In this document: piece after piece, positions 42,832 to 54,800 of the stretch
Layout of the letters: each line of letters begins with the position of its first letter
Position numbering within the stretch: the stretch's first letter is position 1
Origin: a candidate division TM6 bacterium GW2011_GWE2_36_25
GTDB taxonomy: Bacteria > Babelota > Babeliae > Babelales > UBA12409
Reading direction: 5' to 3'
Assembly (NCBI GenBank): GCA_000991575.1
Contig: LBRU01000009.1
Span: 698 to 64,697, forward strand
Length of the DNA stretch: 64,000 nt
The notes under the pieces: model-generated
Database searches by the model: none
The model's input: only the letters and a program-made list of their open reading frames with translations
Told to the model about the DNA's origin: nothing
Program-made: the position numbers and the translations under genes

Positions 42832-43764
42832 TCATGTGTAAAATAATAAAAAGACTTGCTCAAGCATTATTTCAGATCCCCCATTTTTTAAATTAAAGTC
42901 AATGTCGACTATTCGTTGATGAGCATCTTGAAAAATAGACTGCTCCCATTTTTTCCAATCTTTCTGCAAAAAAGAAAAAGGTAACCGAAAACCAATTTTA
43001 CGCGCTTCAATATGGTTATTGTTTTTTTTACAGGAGATGTAATAATATGCACGGAAAAATTGTTCAGAAAAATAACTCATCCAAAAGGGAAATTCATAAT
43101 CTTTTTGCAACTGACGCCATTGCTTCAAAAAACTCCGTTTATCTCCGGCAAATAATGCGCCACTCAAATTAAAGAGAGAGGATTCAGGCTTAATAATTGA
43201 AGTTAACCAATCATTCAAAAAGGAGCTTCGTGCAGAACCAAGCACCTGTGCATATTCCACCATTTGCATCACGTGATCTAACGAAAGGACACCCACTTTT
43301 TTAAAGATTAATTCAGCAGTATAACGTAACCGTTCACGGTCTTCTGGTGACCATAATGATAAAAGATCTTTGAAAAAAATATAATCAATCTGTTCGGGCA
43401 AAGAAATCAATTTCATATTTTTATCTGAAAATTCTTTAGTAGTAAAAAATAAAATGGAGTGGGGCCCTTTATAATTAGATAAATAAGTCATCCACTGCAT
43501 ATAATTTTTTAATGATAAAGTTGAAAGATCTCCCAACCAATAGATATTTTGGTGTCCTAAAAAACTCATTTCCAATTGTGCACGAATCTGTGCTAATTCA
43601 GCATCTTGCATATCAATGTAGAGCATTTTTAATCCACACTGCAACTGAATATAATCACGAATTTTTTTTAGAAAAAGCAAAGGATAACTGGTTCCAGCAA
43701 AACCAATCATAAAAGAATTTTTTATATATTTTTCAGGAGCTTCAATTAATTGTTTAAGATTCAT
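42832..43764 (-). CDS. holA: probable DNA polymerase III delta subunit
   Basis: The 310-aa size and pattern (...QLEMSFLGHQNIYWLGDL...) resemble HolA domain I. The assignment is weak. Confidence 0.4.
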   Translation of the reverse strand: MNLKQLIEAPEKYIKNSFMIGFAGTSYPLLFLKKIRDYIQLQCGLKMLYIDMQDAELAQIRAQLEMSFLGHQNIYWLGDLSTLSLKNYMQWMTYLSNYKGPHSILFFTTKEFSDKNMKLISLPEQIDYIFFKDLLSLWSPEDRERLRYTAELIFKKVGVLSLDHVMQMVEYAQVLGSARSSFLNDWLTSIIKPESSLFNLSGALFAGDKRSFLKQWRQLQKDYEFPFWMSYFSEQFFRAYYYISCKKNNNHIEARKIGFRLPFSFLQKDWKKWEQSIFQDAHQRIVDIDFNLKNGGSEIMLEQVFLLFYT

Positions 43765-43811
43765 AAAAAATTTCTCTAAAAAAATCAGATTTTTCTTTTT
43801 ATCAGAAAATA

Positions 43812-44528
43812 TTAAAGAGTCCGTTCCTTAATAAATGAACACAATTCCTGAATGCCTTTTTGAGCAAGTGCGCGCATTTCGTCAAACTGTTGCCATGAAA
43901 CAGTTCCTAATTCAGCAGTTCCCTGAATTTCAACAATTTCATCATGATCAGTAAGAATAAAATTAAAATCGCTATCAATATTATTATCTTCAAAGGCATT
44001 CAGATCAAGAATGGCTGTCCCATCAAAGGCGCCTGTTGAAACCGCGGCAACTTGATTCTTAATAATTGATTGTTCAATAAATTTTACATCAAGCCAATAT
44101 TGTACCGCTAAATTCAATGCAGACTGCGCACCACACACCGCAGCACATCGCGTACCTCCATCGGCTTGCAAAACATCACAATCAACCATAATAGTATTTT
44201 CGCCAAAACGAGATAAATCAACAACTGACCGTAAAGCTCTTCCAAGAATACGAGAAATCTCTATTGAACGCCCATTACGCTTAAATGAGGAAGACTCGCG
44301 CGGCGAACGTGTCACTGTTGCTGCTGGTAACAATGCGTACTCTGCCGTCAACCATCCAGTTCCTTTACCACGTAAAAAAGGCGGAACACCTTCTGCAAGT
44401 GTCACCGCACATAAAACTTTCGTTTTTCCTATTTCGAATAAAACCGAACCGGGAGCATATTCAAAAATACCTTTCGTGATCTTCAATTCACGAAGTTGAT
44501 CTAACGCTCTCCCATCAGCTCGTTTCAT
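43812..44528 (-). CDS. rph: ribonuclease PH
   Basis: MKRADGRALDQLRELKITKG..., GTGWLTAEYALLPAAT and DCDVLQADGGTR are canonical RNase PH motifs. Confidence 0.95.
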   Translation of the reverse strand: MKRADGRALDQLRELKITKGIFEYAPGSVLFEIGKTKVLCAVTLAEGVPPFLRGKGTGWLTAEYALLPAATVTRSPRESSSFKRNGRSIEISRILGRALRSVVDLSRFGENTIMVDCDVLQADGGTRCAAVCGAQSALNLAVQYWLDVKFIEQSIIKNQVAAVSTGAFDGTAILDLNAFEDNNIDSDFNFILTDHDEIVEIQGTAELGTVSWQQFDEMRALAQKGIQELCSFIKERTL

Positions 44529-44707
44529 AATATTCCTTGTAATTTTCTTTAAAATCTATTTTTTTATTATACCACGAAACAACATTTCACGCAGCCGTCC
44601 ATCTCCTCATTCTTAAAAAATCATTCATTTTTTTATTCTTTCTTCCCTGGCTAATATCAATTCACAAAATCTCAAAAAACCCATTCTAAAATTTATTTAT
44701 AAAACTC

Positions 44708-44737
44708 TTGCAATAATAACAATAACAATAATATACT
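44708..44737 (+). promoter_or_regulatory. candidate sigma70-type promoter (TTGCAA-N18-TATACT) for 44776-45198
   Basis: TTGCAA at 44708-44713 and TATACT at 44732-44737. AAAGGAGG RBS at about 44762-44770. Confidence 0.3.
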
Positions 44738-44775
44738 TAAAGTGTAAGTTTAACTTCTTCAAAAAAGGAGGAATT

Positions 44776-45198
44776 ATGAAGAAGATATTATTAGTACTCT
44801 TACTTTCAAATACCGCCTCAATCTTTGGTTTAAGTGGCAAACTTGGGGAAAACATGAATGATAAACTAAGATACGGTGGTGATTTGGACAAATATATGAC
44901 TGGAGACTACAACATGAAACGAGAAGCGCTAACATTGTTTCAGAGATTACTCAGAAACGGTCTCGTTCCCCTATCTGCAACAGGACGTGAATATGTTATG
45001 GGGCCTTGTCTGGTTATTGGAAAGGACGATAAAGGTAAATATCAAATATTTTTGGGCACATCAGCTGAAGGAATAAGTAGACCTAGTAATGGACGTTACC
45101 AGATAAGTATTGGAAATGGAAAATTCATCGAAACTATCGAATCAGATATATTTGTACCTAATCCAATGGAAAAGGGTAAATTAGAAATACAAAGCTAA
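44776..45198 (+). CDS. hypothetical secreted protein
   Basis: Strong RBS and signal peptide MKKILLVLLLSNTASIFG. No family recognised. Confidence 0.5.
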   Translation: MKKILLVLLLSNTASIFGLSGKLGENMNDKLRYGGDLDKYMTGDYNMKREALTLFQRLLRNGLVPLSATGREYVMGPCLVIGKDDKGKYQIFLGTSAEGISRPSNGRYQISIGNGKFIETIESDIFVPNPMEKGKLEIQS

Positions 45199-45221
45199 AA
45201 TCTATCAATTTATAACTTGAA

Positions 45222-45251
45222 AAAAGGCTCCTTTTCAAAAAGGAGCCTTTT
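45222..45251. terminator. bidirectional intrinsic terminator between convergent genes
   Basis: AAAAGGCTCCTTTT-C-AAAAAGGAGCCTTTT is a perfect hairpin flanked by A and T runs on both strands. It lies between 44776-45198 (+) and pnp (-). Confidence 0.7.
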
Positions 45252-45270
45252 AATTCTTAATAAAAGAATA

Positions 45271-47373
45271 TTATTTTTTATGTTCTTTTTTTTCAGTATC
45301 AGCAAGACCTAAACGAATTCTTCCAGTTTCAGGATCATAATCCAAAACTTTAACGCGCAATGTTGAACCTATTGGATAATCTTTTGCTATCGTGCGTTGC
45401 TTATCTTTAGGAATTGCTGAGATGTGTAAAAGACCAGCTTGCCCTGGAACTAAATCTACAAAAATACCAAAATCTGCGATTCGGGCAACGGTTCCATTAA
45501 AGAATTCACCTGCAGTAATTTGTCCCGCAATAACTTTAACCCAGTTAATTGCTTTTTCAATATCTGCTTCAGGGCCACCAAAAATATTAACGCGACCACT
45601 TTCATCGATATCAATGGTTGTCTTGGTTTTATCGATAATCTCTTTAATAACCTTGCCACCACCACCAATAACAGCACCAATCTTATCTGGATTAATTTGT
45701 ATTGAAATAATTTTTGGAACTAACGGTGAAAGTTCTGGACGAGGTTCTTTCATAACTTTTTGCAGTTCATCAAGAATATGCAAACGACCTTGACGTGCTT
45801 GCTCTAAAGCTTGCTCAAATACCTCTCGAGGAAAACCACCACGATACTTAATATCCATCTGAATAGCGGTAATACCATCTTTAGTACCCGCAACTTTAAA
45901 ATCCATCAAACCATAGGCATCTTCAAAGCCAGTCAGATCGGTTAATACTTGGAATCTCCCTTTTGAGCTCATCAACAATCCCATAGCAACACCGCTCACC
46001 ATCGATGAAATAGGAACGCCTGCATCCATCAATGCCATCGTTGAACCACAAACGGTCGCCATAGAACTTGAGCCATCAGAAGATAAAATATCGGTCAAAA
46101 TACGTATCGTATACGGAAAATCATTTTTATCAGGCAAAACAGGCAACAAAGCTGTTTCAGCTAAATTACCATGTCCAACTTCACGTCTTCCAGGACCACG
46201 CATTGGACGAACTTCACCAACCGAAAATGGTGGAAAATTATAATGCAACATAAACGGTTTATTTGAATCTTCGTCAATTAACAACTCGGTACGCGGCTCA
46301 TCTTGCGCACTTCCCAATGTCGCAGACGTCAATGCCTGTGTTGAACCACGTTGAAATAACGAAGAACCATGAACATCAGGCAATAAACCAACAGAGGTAC
46401 TTATTTCACGAACTTGTGTAAAAGAACGACCATCAATTCGCTTACCGTCAGCAAAAATCAAATCAGTAGCTTTAGGTTTTAATTCTTGTTCTAAAACATA
46501 TTCAATAAAATTGTCAGGGATCTCTTTTTCTTCAATAATCGCTTTGTATTCTTGAAGAAATCCTTCTTTCAACGCTGCCATAGCCTCAGAACGTTCTTTT
46601 TTATCTTTTTTACACAAGCTTCGCACACGCTCTTCAGTCAAATAATCAGCAGCTCTTTTTTGCCAAGCATCCCAATCAAATGGCAATTCAATTGCATCTT
46701 TTTTTACAGAAAGATCTTTAACAATCTCTTCTTGCCAGGCAACTTGTTCTTTAATAACTTCATGACCAAGAAACAGCGCTTCAATTAAATCTTTTTCTGA
46801 CAATTGATTCGCCGCACCCTCAACCATATTGATACCTTCTTTGGTACCTGAAATCAAAAATTTAATATCCGATTGCAAACGTTCTTCATGCAATGGGTTA
46901 ACTTTAAACTTGCCATTAATGCGTGCAATCTCTACCGTACCAATTGGTCCCATAAATGGAACTGGGGAGGTGCTTAATGCAATGGAAGTTGCCAACGATG
47001 CAAGCGGCGCAGGAGAATGCTTTCCATCATATGACAAGAGAAGGATGTATATTTGTACTTGATTAAAATAACGTTCGGGAAAAAGTGGACGAATTGCACG
47101 ATCAATTAAACGCGCTGTTAAAATTTCCTTATCGGTCCATTTACCTTCACGCTTAAAGTAACCGCCTGGAATTTTACCTGCCGCAGAAAATTCTTCTCGA
47201 TAATCAACGGTTAACGGCAAAAAGCCTGGAAAATCTTTGGCTTCAGACTGAACAACGGTTGCTAATACAATAGTTCCACCTTGTTGCAACCAAGCAGCAC
47301 CGGCTGCCTGTTGTGCATATTTACCAAGTTCAACTGAATACCCAAGACTATTTAATGTAAATTTTTTTGACAT
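45271..47373 (-). CDS. pnp: polyribonucleotide nucleotidyltransferase (PNPase)
   Basis: Two RNase PH-like domains followed by KH (GGGGKVIKEI) and S1 (GTVARIADFGIFVDL) domains. Length 700 aa. Confidence 0.95.
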   Translation of the reverse strand: MSKKFTLNSLGYSVELGKYAQQAAGAAWLQQGGTIVLATVVQSEAKDFPGFLPLTVDYREEFSAAGKIPGGYFKREGKWTDKEILTARLIDRAIRPLFPERYFNQVQIYILLLSYDGKHSPAPLASLATSIALSTSPVPFMGPIGTVEIARINGKFKVNPLHEERLQSDIKFLISGTKEGINMVEGAANQLSEKDLIEALFLGHEVIKEQVAWQEEIVKDLSVKKDAIELPFDWDAWQKRAADYLTEERVRSLCKKDKKERSEAMAALKEGFLQEYKAIIEEKEIPDNFIEYVLEQELKPKATDLIFADGKRIDGRSFTQVREISTSVGLLPDVHGSSLFQRGSTQALTSATLGSAQDEPRTELLIDEDSNKPFMLHYNFPPFSVGEVRPMRGPGRREVGHGNLAETALLPVLPDKNDFPYTIRILTDILSSDGSSSMATVCGSTMALMDAGVPISSMVSGVAMGLLMSSKGRFQVLTDLTGFEDAYGLMDFKVAGTKDGITAIQMDIKYRGGFPREVFEQALEQARQGRLHILDELQKVMKEPRPELSPLVPKIISIQINPDKIGAVIGGGGKVIKEIIDKTKTTIDIDESGRVNIFGGPEADIEKAINWVKVIAGQITAGEFFNGTVARIADFGIFVDLVPGQAGLLHISAIPKDKQRTIAKDYPIGSTLRVKVLDYDPETGRIRLGLADTEKKEHKK

Positions 47374-47395
47374 ATTAAAACCTAAAATAAAGGAC

Positions 47396-47656
47396 TTATT
47401 TTCTTAACCCTAATTCTTTTACAAGTCCTTTATATATTTCCTCGTTATTTTTTTTAAGGTATTGCAAAAATCTTTTGCGTTGATTAACTTTCGTTAACAA
47501 CCCACGTTTGCAACTAAAATCTTTCATATTAACCTGACAATGTTCATGTAGTTTATTAATTTCATCAGTCAGTGTAATAACTTGTAATTCAACAGATCCT
47601 GTATCTTTCTCATGCTTCTTAAATTTATCGATAAGCGAAGCAACTTTGTTTACCAT
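47396..47656 (-). CDS. rpsO: 30S ribosomal protein S15
   Basis: 86 aa with ...HEKDTGSVELQVITLTDEINKLHEHCQVNMKDFSCKRGLLTKVNQRKRFLQYL, located upstream of pnp as usual. Confidence 0.9.
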   Translation of the reverse strand: MVNKVASLIDKFKKHEKDTGSVELQVITLTDEINKLHEHCQVNMKDFSCKRGLLTKVNQRKRFLQYLKKNNEEIYKGLVKELGLRK

Positions 47657-47688
47657 ATCAGTTTAAAACCTCTTAAGATTAATGTAAA

Positions 47689-47763
47689 TGGTAGGCGCGA
47701 GCGGAATTGAACCGCTGACCCTTGCTACGTCAAAGCAATGCTCTACCCCTGAGCTACGCGCCT
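47689..47763 (-). tRNA. tRNA-Val (anticodon GAC), CCA encoded
   Basis: Manual cloverleaf: AGGCGCG-TA-GCTC-AGGGGTA-GAGC-A-TTGCT-TTGACGT-AGCAA-GGGTC-AGCGG-TTCAATT-CCGCT-CGCGCCT-A-CCA. Confidence 0.85.
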
Positions 47764-50700
47764 ATGCTAATTTCTTCCTCAGCTTCTCTTTTCTCCTGCT
47801 CAGCAGCCATCTTTTCCAATTCAGATATATCTTCACCGATATATTTCTCACGGAAAGACTTTATGCCGGTTCCAGCTGGTATTAATTTACCAATACTGAC
47901 ATTTTCTTTCAAGCCGTAAAGATGATCAACAATACCCGCAACAGCAGCTTCACTTAAAATACGTGTTGTTTCTTGGAAAGATGCCGCCGAAATAAAGCTT
48001 TCTGTATCCAACGATGCCATCGTAATACCCATCAATACAGATTTAGCAACAGCAACTCGCTTGCCTTCTTCTTTTAATGATTGGTTGACCATTTTAAAAT
48101 GAATCTTGTCAACACGATCACCAACTAAAAAGTCTGAATCACCTGCATTAACAACACGAACCTTGCGCATCATTTGGTGTACGATAACTTCAACGTGTCG
48201 ATCATCAACATCAATACCATGCAAACGATAGATAATCTGAATTTGATTAACCAAATATTTTTGCAAAGCCGTTGGACCTAAAATACGTAAAACATCATGC
48301 AGCACTGGTTCACCAGATGTTAATGGATCACCTGCCGAAACATGTTCACCATTAATAACATTAAGCTGCTGACCACGTGGTATAAAGTAATCAAATTTAT
48401 TCTTTCCAGAAACAACGCTTACTTTAATCATTCCACGATGCACACCGCCGAGAACAACTTCACCATCAATATCTGAAATAATCGCGGGATCTTTTGTTAC
48501 ACGTGCTTCAAAAAGTTCTGCAATGCGGGGCAAACCACCGGTAATATCTTTTGCTTTTGCCGCTTGCTGCGGAATCTTAACTAAAACATCACCGATACCA
48601 ACTTTTTTATTTGGATCAACAACTAAATAAGCTCCCGCAGGTAAATAATACTGTGCAATTTCAGTCCCCGCATCATCAATAATGCTCAAAGCTGGTTGAT
48701 AACGATCACCTTTTTGCTCAAGAATTACACGCTGCATTTTATTTGCTGTCTCATCAAAACGTTCTTGCAGCGTTATATTTTCAATTAAATCAATATATTT
48801 AACCGCACCAGCCTTCTCAGTCAAAATAACCTTGTTATCTGAATCCTGTTCAAAAAGCTTGGTACCCTTCTTAACCTGTTGTCCATCAGCAACAAAAATT
48901 TGTGCACCATATTGAAGCGTATACTCTTGAAGTTCTCGTCCTTCAGGAGAAAGAATACTTAACTTTGATTTTCTACTCATCACAATAGTGCTATCATCGC
49001 GTCTTTGAACAATACGCGCACCACTCAATTTAACAATACCATCTTGTTTAGCTTTATATGTTTGTTCAATCAAACCACTAACCGCGCCACCAACGTGGAA
49101 GGTTTTCATGGTAAGCTGCGTTCCTGGCTCACCAATTGATTGTGCAGCGATAACACCAACCGCTTCTCCCGTAGCAACAAAAGCACCACGAGAAAGATCC
49201 ATGCCGTAACAATGCGCGCAGACACCTCGACGAGCTTGACACAAAAGAACAGAACGAACTTTAATTTTAGAAACAGCTGAGTCACCAATTACTTTCACCA
49301 AGTCTCTATCAACAAGCGTTCCTTGCTTTGCAAGTAATTCACCTGAAATAGGATCCTTCAAATCTTCTGCCAAGACTCTACCATATGCACGTCGAGCAAC
49401 GGGGCAAATAATATCACCCGATTCACGAAGATCTTCTAGCTCAATATAACCTAATGTTTGACAATCACGCATGGTAATAATAACGTCTTGCGCAACATCA
49501 ACTAAACGTCGTGTCAAGTAACCAGAGTTTGCCGTTTTTAACGCGGTATCTGCCTGACCTTTACGGGCACCGTGTGTAGAAATAAAGTACTCAAAAACGC
49601 TTAAACCTTTTTTAAAGTTACTTTTGATTGGCGTTTCCATAATCTCGCCTGAAGGCTTAGCCATCAAACCACGCATACCAACTAACTGTTTAACCTGCTC
49701 TTTGGTACCCTTTGCACCAGAGTCAAGCATCATAAACACTGAGTTAAATGGGGTAAATTTATTATCTTTATTTTCAAACGCAGTCTTGTCTTGCTGTTCT
49801 AATTCTTGTTGCATTTGTCCGGCAACATCAGCCGTTGCCTGACCCCAAATGCTAATTACTTTACTATGTCGCTCACCATCAGTAATTGCACCTTCACGAT
49901 ACAATTTTTCAACACGTTGCACTTCTTTTTCGGCTTTATCAAGAATTTCTTCTTTCTTTTGAGGAATAATCAAATCTTCAATACCAAAAGAAGTTCCCGA
50001 TGACGTTGAATAGGTAAAGCCAAGCTTTTTAATGTTATCAAGCATGACGACCGTCTTTTCACGACCAAATGCATAGTAAATTTTTTCAATTAAACGCGCA
50101 ACGTCACTCTTCTTAACAACATGGTTAATCCAAGAAAAATCAGCGCCATCTGGCAATGCACGATAAAGAATCACACGACCAACCGTTGTCGATATAATTT
50201 CTCCAGATTCTAAGCGAACCTTAATTTGAGCATGTAAAGCTGCAGCCCCAGTTTGAAATGCTGAAACAACTTCATTCGTACTTGCAAAGACTATACCTTC
50301 ACCCTGGGCACCACGACGTAGTTTTGTCATGTAATAAAGACCGAGTACCATATCTTGTGATGGAACGGTAATTGGACGTCCATTAGATGGAGAAAGTAAA
50401 TTTTTACTCGAAAGTATCAATTCTCGCGATTCAGCCTGAGCCTTAATACTGAGTGGTAAGTGAACTGCCATTTGGTCACCGTCAAAGTCAGCGTTAAATG
50501 CAGCGCAAACTAATGGGTGAATAGAAATAGCTTTACCTTCAATAAGCACAGGGAAGAACGCTTGGATGCCCAATCTATGCAATGTTGGTGCACGATTTAA
50601 AAGAACAGGGCGTTCTTTAACAACTTCTTCAAGAACATCCCAAACAACATCTTCATTCTCTTCAACTAATCTTTTTGCAGCCTTCAAATTAGGTGCATTT

Positions 50701-51875
50701 TCACACCGAACAAGTTCGGCTAAAACGTAAGGCTTAAATAATTCAAGCGCAATAATTTTTGGCAAACCACATTGGTCCATCTTTAATTCTGGATCAACAA
50801 CAATTACTGAACGACCAGAATAGTCAACACGTTTACCAAGTAAGTTCTGACGGAAACGGCCTTGCTTACCACGAAGCATTTCACTCAAAGATTTAAGTGG
50901 TCGCTTACTTGAGCCACGAACAGGTTGTCCACGACGGCCATTATCAATTAATGCATCAACTGACTCTTGAAGCATCCGTTTTTCATTTTTAATAATGACT
51001 GACGGTGCTTCAATATCAATTAAACGTCTTAAACGAATGTTGCGATTAAGAACCCGACGATAAAGCTCATTCAAATCTGAACTTGCGAACCTACCACCTT
51101 CAAGTGGAACTAATGGTCGCAAATCTGGTGGTAAAACGGGCAAAACTTCCAAAATCATTAAATTTGGTGTTAAACCAGCGTTAAGCAAATCAGAAAGAAT
51201 CTTTACACGACGCATTAATTTGTGACGAGTCGTTACCGATGTTGATTTCTCATACTCTTTCTTTAAGATACTCAATTCAAGGGCAAGATCCATCTTAGAA
51301 AGCACTTCACGCACAACTGCCGCACCCATATCAGCTTTAAATCCTGTATCCTCTGGATGAGCAATGCAATAATCTTCATATTCGGTGCTTGTTAAAACTG
51401 TTTTCATCGGATAAGGAGAATTACCTTGATTAATAACCATGTAGGCGTCAAAATAAGTAACGCGTTCCAAATCTTTAACAGCTAAATCCATAATTATGCT
51501 TAAATAACTTGGAATGCCTTTGAGATACCAAATATGCGAAACCGGTGCAACAAGTTCGATATGTCCCATGCGTTCACGACGAACACGTGCTTGGATAACT
51601 TCAACACCACATTTTTCACACGTCACACCACGATGTTTCATTCGCTTGTATTTGCCACAGTTACATTCCCAATCTTTAACTGGACCAAAAATTCGTGCGC
51701 AAAAAAGACCATCTTTTTCTGGTTTTAATGTTCGATAGTTAATCGTTTCAATCTTTTTTACTTCGCCATAAGAAAGCGAACGAATTTTTTCAGGAGAAGC
51801 GAGTGATAAACGAACAGCATTAAATTGTGCAGCATTAACATACTCCTTAAACCGTGCAAGCATCTGACTATTCAC
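47754..51875 (-). CDS. rpoC: DNA-directed RNA polymerase subunit beta'
   Basis: Zn-binding CNCGKYK...C..C, catalytic NADFDGD, 1373 aa. The stop TAG (47754-47756) lies inside tRNA-Val. Confidence 0.97.
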   Translation of the reverse strand: MNSQMLARFKEYVNAAQFNAVRLSLASPEKIRSLSYGEVKKIETINYRTLKPEKDGLFCARIFGPVKDWECNCGKYKRMKHRGVTCEKCGVEVIQARVRRERMGHIELVAPVSHIWYLKGIPSYLSIIMDLAVKDLERVTYFDAYMVINQGNSPYPMKTVLTSTEYEDYCIAHPEDTGFKADMGAAVVREVLSKMDLALELSILKKEYEKSTSVTTRHKLMRRVKILSDLLNAGLTPNLMILEVLPVLPPDLRPLVPLEGGRFASSDLNELYRRVLNRNIRLRRLIDIEAPSVIIKNEKRMLQESVDALIDNGRRGQPVRGSSKRPLKSLSEMLRGKQGRFRQNLLGKRVDYSGRSVIVVDPELKMDQCGLPKIIALELFKPYVLAELVRCENAPNLKAAKRLVEENEDVVWDVLEEVVKERPVLLNRAPTLHRLGIQAFFPVLIEGKAISIHPLVCAAFNADFDGDQMAVHLPLSIKAQAESRELILSSKNLLSPSNGRPITVPSQDMVLGLYYMTKLRRGAQGEGIVFASTNEVVSAFQTGAAALHAQIKVRLESGEIISTTVGRVILYRALPDGADFSWINHVVKKSDVARLIEKIYYAFGREKTVVMLDNIKKLGFTYSTSSGTSFGIEDLIIPQKKEEILDKAEKEVQRVEKLYREGAITDGERHSKVISIWGQATADVAGQMQQELEQQDKTAFENKDNKFTPFNSVFMMLDSGAKGTKEQVKQLVGMRGLMAKPSGEIMETPIKSNFKKGLSVFEYFISTHGARKGQADTALKTANSGYLTRRLVDVAQDVIITMRDCQTLGYIELEDLRESGDIICPVARRAYGRVLAEDLKDPISGELLAKQGTLVDRDLVKVIGDSAVSKIKVRSVLLCQARRGVCAHCYGMDLSRGAFVATGEAVGVIAAQSIGEPGTQLTMKTFHVGGAVSGLIEQTYKAKQDGIVKLSGARIVQRRDDSTIVMSRKSKLSILSPEGRELQEYTLQYGAQIFVADGQQVKKGTKLFEQDSDNKVILTEKAGAVKYIDLIENITLQERFDETANKMQRVILEQKGDRYQPALSIIDDAGTEIAQYYLPAGAYLVVDPNKKVGIGDVLVKIPQQAAKAKDITGGLPRIAELFEARVTKDPAIISDIDGEVVLGGVHRGMIKVSVVSGKNKFDYFIPRGQQLNVINGEHVSAGDPLTSGEPVLHDVLRILGPTALQKYLVNQIQIIYRLHGIDVDDRHVEVIVHQMMRKVRVVNAGDSDFLVGDRVDKIHFKMVNQSLKEEGKRVAVAKSVLMGITMASLDTESFISAASFQETTRILSEAAVAGIVDHLYGLKENVSIGKLIPAGTGIKSFREKYIGEDISELEKMAAEQEKREAEEEISIGA

Positions 51876-54800
51876 TTATTTCCTCCCTGCTTCCCTTAAA
51901 TAAATCAACTTGTAAAGCTAAACTTTGAAGTTCCTTAATCAAGACATTAAACGATTCTGGTAATCCTGGATCCGGAATCTCTTTGCCATCACCGCGAACA
52001 ATCGTTTCATACACTCTATGACGACCCGTAACATCGTCAGATTTATACGTCAACATTTCTTGTAACGTATATGCTGCACCATATGCTTCAAGAGCCCAAA
52101 CTTCCATTTCACCAAAACGTTGACCACCAAACTGAGCCTTACCTCCAAGAGGTTGTTGTGTTACTAATGAGTAAGGACCAACAGAACGAGCGTGCAATTT
52201 GTCATCAACCATATGATTCAATTTCATCATATAAATTGAACCGATTGTTACTGGTTGTTCAAAATATTCACCCGTACGGCCATCGCGCACAACATAAGCT
52301 CCTGATTGCGTCAAATTAAGCTCTTTTAATAAAGGCGAAATGTCTTCATCAAATGAAGCACCATCAAAAACTGGCGTTGCAAAAGAAAGACCCTTTTCAG
52401 CAGTACGTTCAGCAAGCTCGAGAATTGCGCGTTTTCCGTAGGCTTCTTCGTATTCTTTCATAAACGATTTACCATACCATTTTTCTAATTGGGAAATCGC
52501 CTGATCCATACGCTTTTCTTCAATGAGTTCCCGCAATTGACGTCCAGCCTGAATGCCTGCAAAACCAAGTATTGTTTCTAAAATTTGGCCAACATTCATA
52601 CGCGAAGGAACACCGATAGGATTAAGCACAACGTCAACAGTTCTTCCATCATCGAGATACGGCATATTTTCACGTTGAACAACCGTGGAAACCACACCTT
52701 TATTACCATGGCGCCCTGCCATCTTATCACCAACTTGTACATGTCGTTTAGATGCAACATATACCTTAATCATTTTGATAACGCCAGAAGGCAATGGGTC
52801 GCCCTTCTTTAACGAGCTAATACGTTCTTTTCTTAAATTTTCTAAAATAGAAAGTTGCGTCTCATAAGTTTGCAACAGACGATTTAACTTATCATTAGTA
52901 GTTTCGTCATCGGTTTTTAGAGCAAGCAACTTTTCTGGCGCAAGTTCACGCAAAGCATCAACATCAAACGTTTTCTTATTTTTTAGAAGCTTTGCACCAA
53001 TTTTTGCGGCAGGCCCCTGCTTTTTCATTAATGCTATAGCTCTATCTGAAACCATTTCACCCAAAATGCGTAATTGCTTTTCATGTTCTGAATCAAACTT
53101 TGCCGTTTGAGCGGTTACAACATCTTTATAACGCCTATCCTTACGAATGCCGCTTCGAGAAAAGACTTTAACATCAACAACCGTTCCATCAATTCCTGGT
53201 GGCACGCGCAATGAAGTATCACGAACTTCACGCGATTTTTCACCAAAAATAGCACGGAGCAATTTTTCTTCTGGGGAATATTGCACATCACCTTTAAGCG
53301 TAACTTTGCCGACTAAAATATCTCCCGGTCGCACACGACTACCAATGAGCACAACCCCGTCTTCATCAAGTGCACTTAATGCTTTTTCACTTACATTAGG
53401 AATGTCGCGAGTAATTTCTTCAGGGCCAAGCTTTGTATCACGCGCCTCAGCAATGTATTCATCAATGTGAACCGACGTCATAACATCTTCAGCAACGAGT
53501 CGCTTATTCAATACAATAGCATCTTCAAAATTATAACCATGCCATGGCATAAATGCGACTAAAAGATTCGATCCCAATGCAAGCTCTCCATTGGTAATTG
53601 CAGTACCATCAGTTAATATCTGACCTTTTTCAATGCGATCACCAACACTCACAATCGGTTTTTGGTGAATCCAGGTACTATAACTGGAGCGTTCAAATTT
53701 TCGTAAATGATAAACATCAACACCGCCAGCTAACCACGCATCAGTCGTCGTGAACGATGCTTCATCGGCACGAACAATAATTTTTTCTGATGAGACATAT
53801 TCAACCACACCCGCATGCCTTGCGCTAATAACTGCGCCTGGCGAAGCTTTACATACTTCTTTTTCCATGCCAGTACCAACCAATGGTGTTTGGCAACGAA
53901 TAAGAGGAACAGCCTGCCGTTGCATATTCGCACCCATTAACGCACGACTCGCATCGTCATGTTCTAAGAATGGAATTAATGCAGATGCAACCGAAACTAA
54001 CTGTTTTGGTGATAAATCTATATAGGTAATATTATCAAGATCGGTATACAAAAAGTTACCTTGGTAACGAGCAAGCACCGTATCTTTTTCAATTTTGTTT
54101 CCAGTTTTATCAACTGCATCAGCCTGTGCAATATATTTGTCTGACTCTTGGAATGCATCAAGAAAAATAACTTCATCAAGAAGTTTACCACCCTTAACAG
54201 GTCGATATGCTGTTTCAATAAAACCTAAATCGTTCACCATCGCATAGGTTGCCAATGACGAAATCAGACCAATCGTTTGACCTTCAGGTGTTTCGATTGG
54301 ACAAATACGACCGTAGTGAGAGGTATGAACGTCGCGAATCTCGTAGGTCGCGCGATCTTTCATAACACCACCAGGTCCCAATGCAGATAAACGTCGCTTA
54401 TGAGCCAATTCTGAAAGCGGATTTGTCTGATCCATAAACTGTGACAGCTGCCCCGTTCCAAAAAATTCACGCATAACAGCAGCTAATGGTTTTACATTCA
54501 AGAAATCTTGTGGCATCAATGATGCATTTAAATCTTGAACTCTAAATCTTTCACGAACAATACGTTCAATACGAGAGAAACCAACATAAAATTGATTACT
54601 CAAAAGTTCACCAACTAAACGTACACGACGATTACCCAAATGATCAATATCATCAAGCTCACCCTCGCCACGTTCACGCATATTCACCAAATAACGCACG
54701 GTCGCGATAATATCTTCAATTGTCAAAGTTGTTATATCTTCTGCAACAGTTAAACCTAATTTTCTATTCATGCGCAAACGACCAACCTTAGTTAAGTCAT

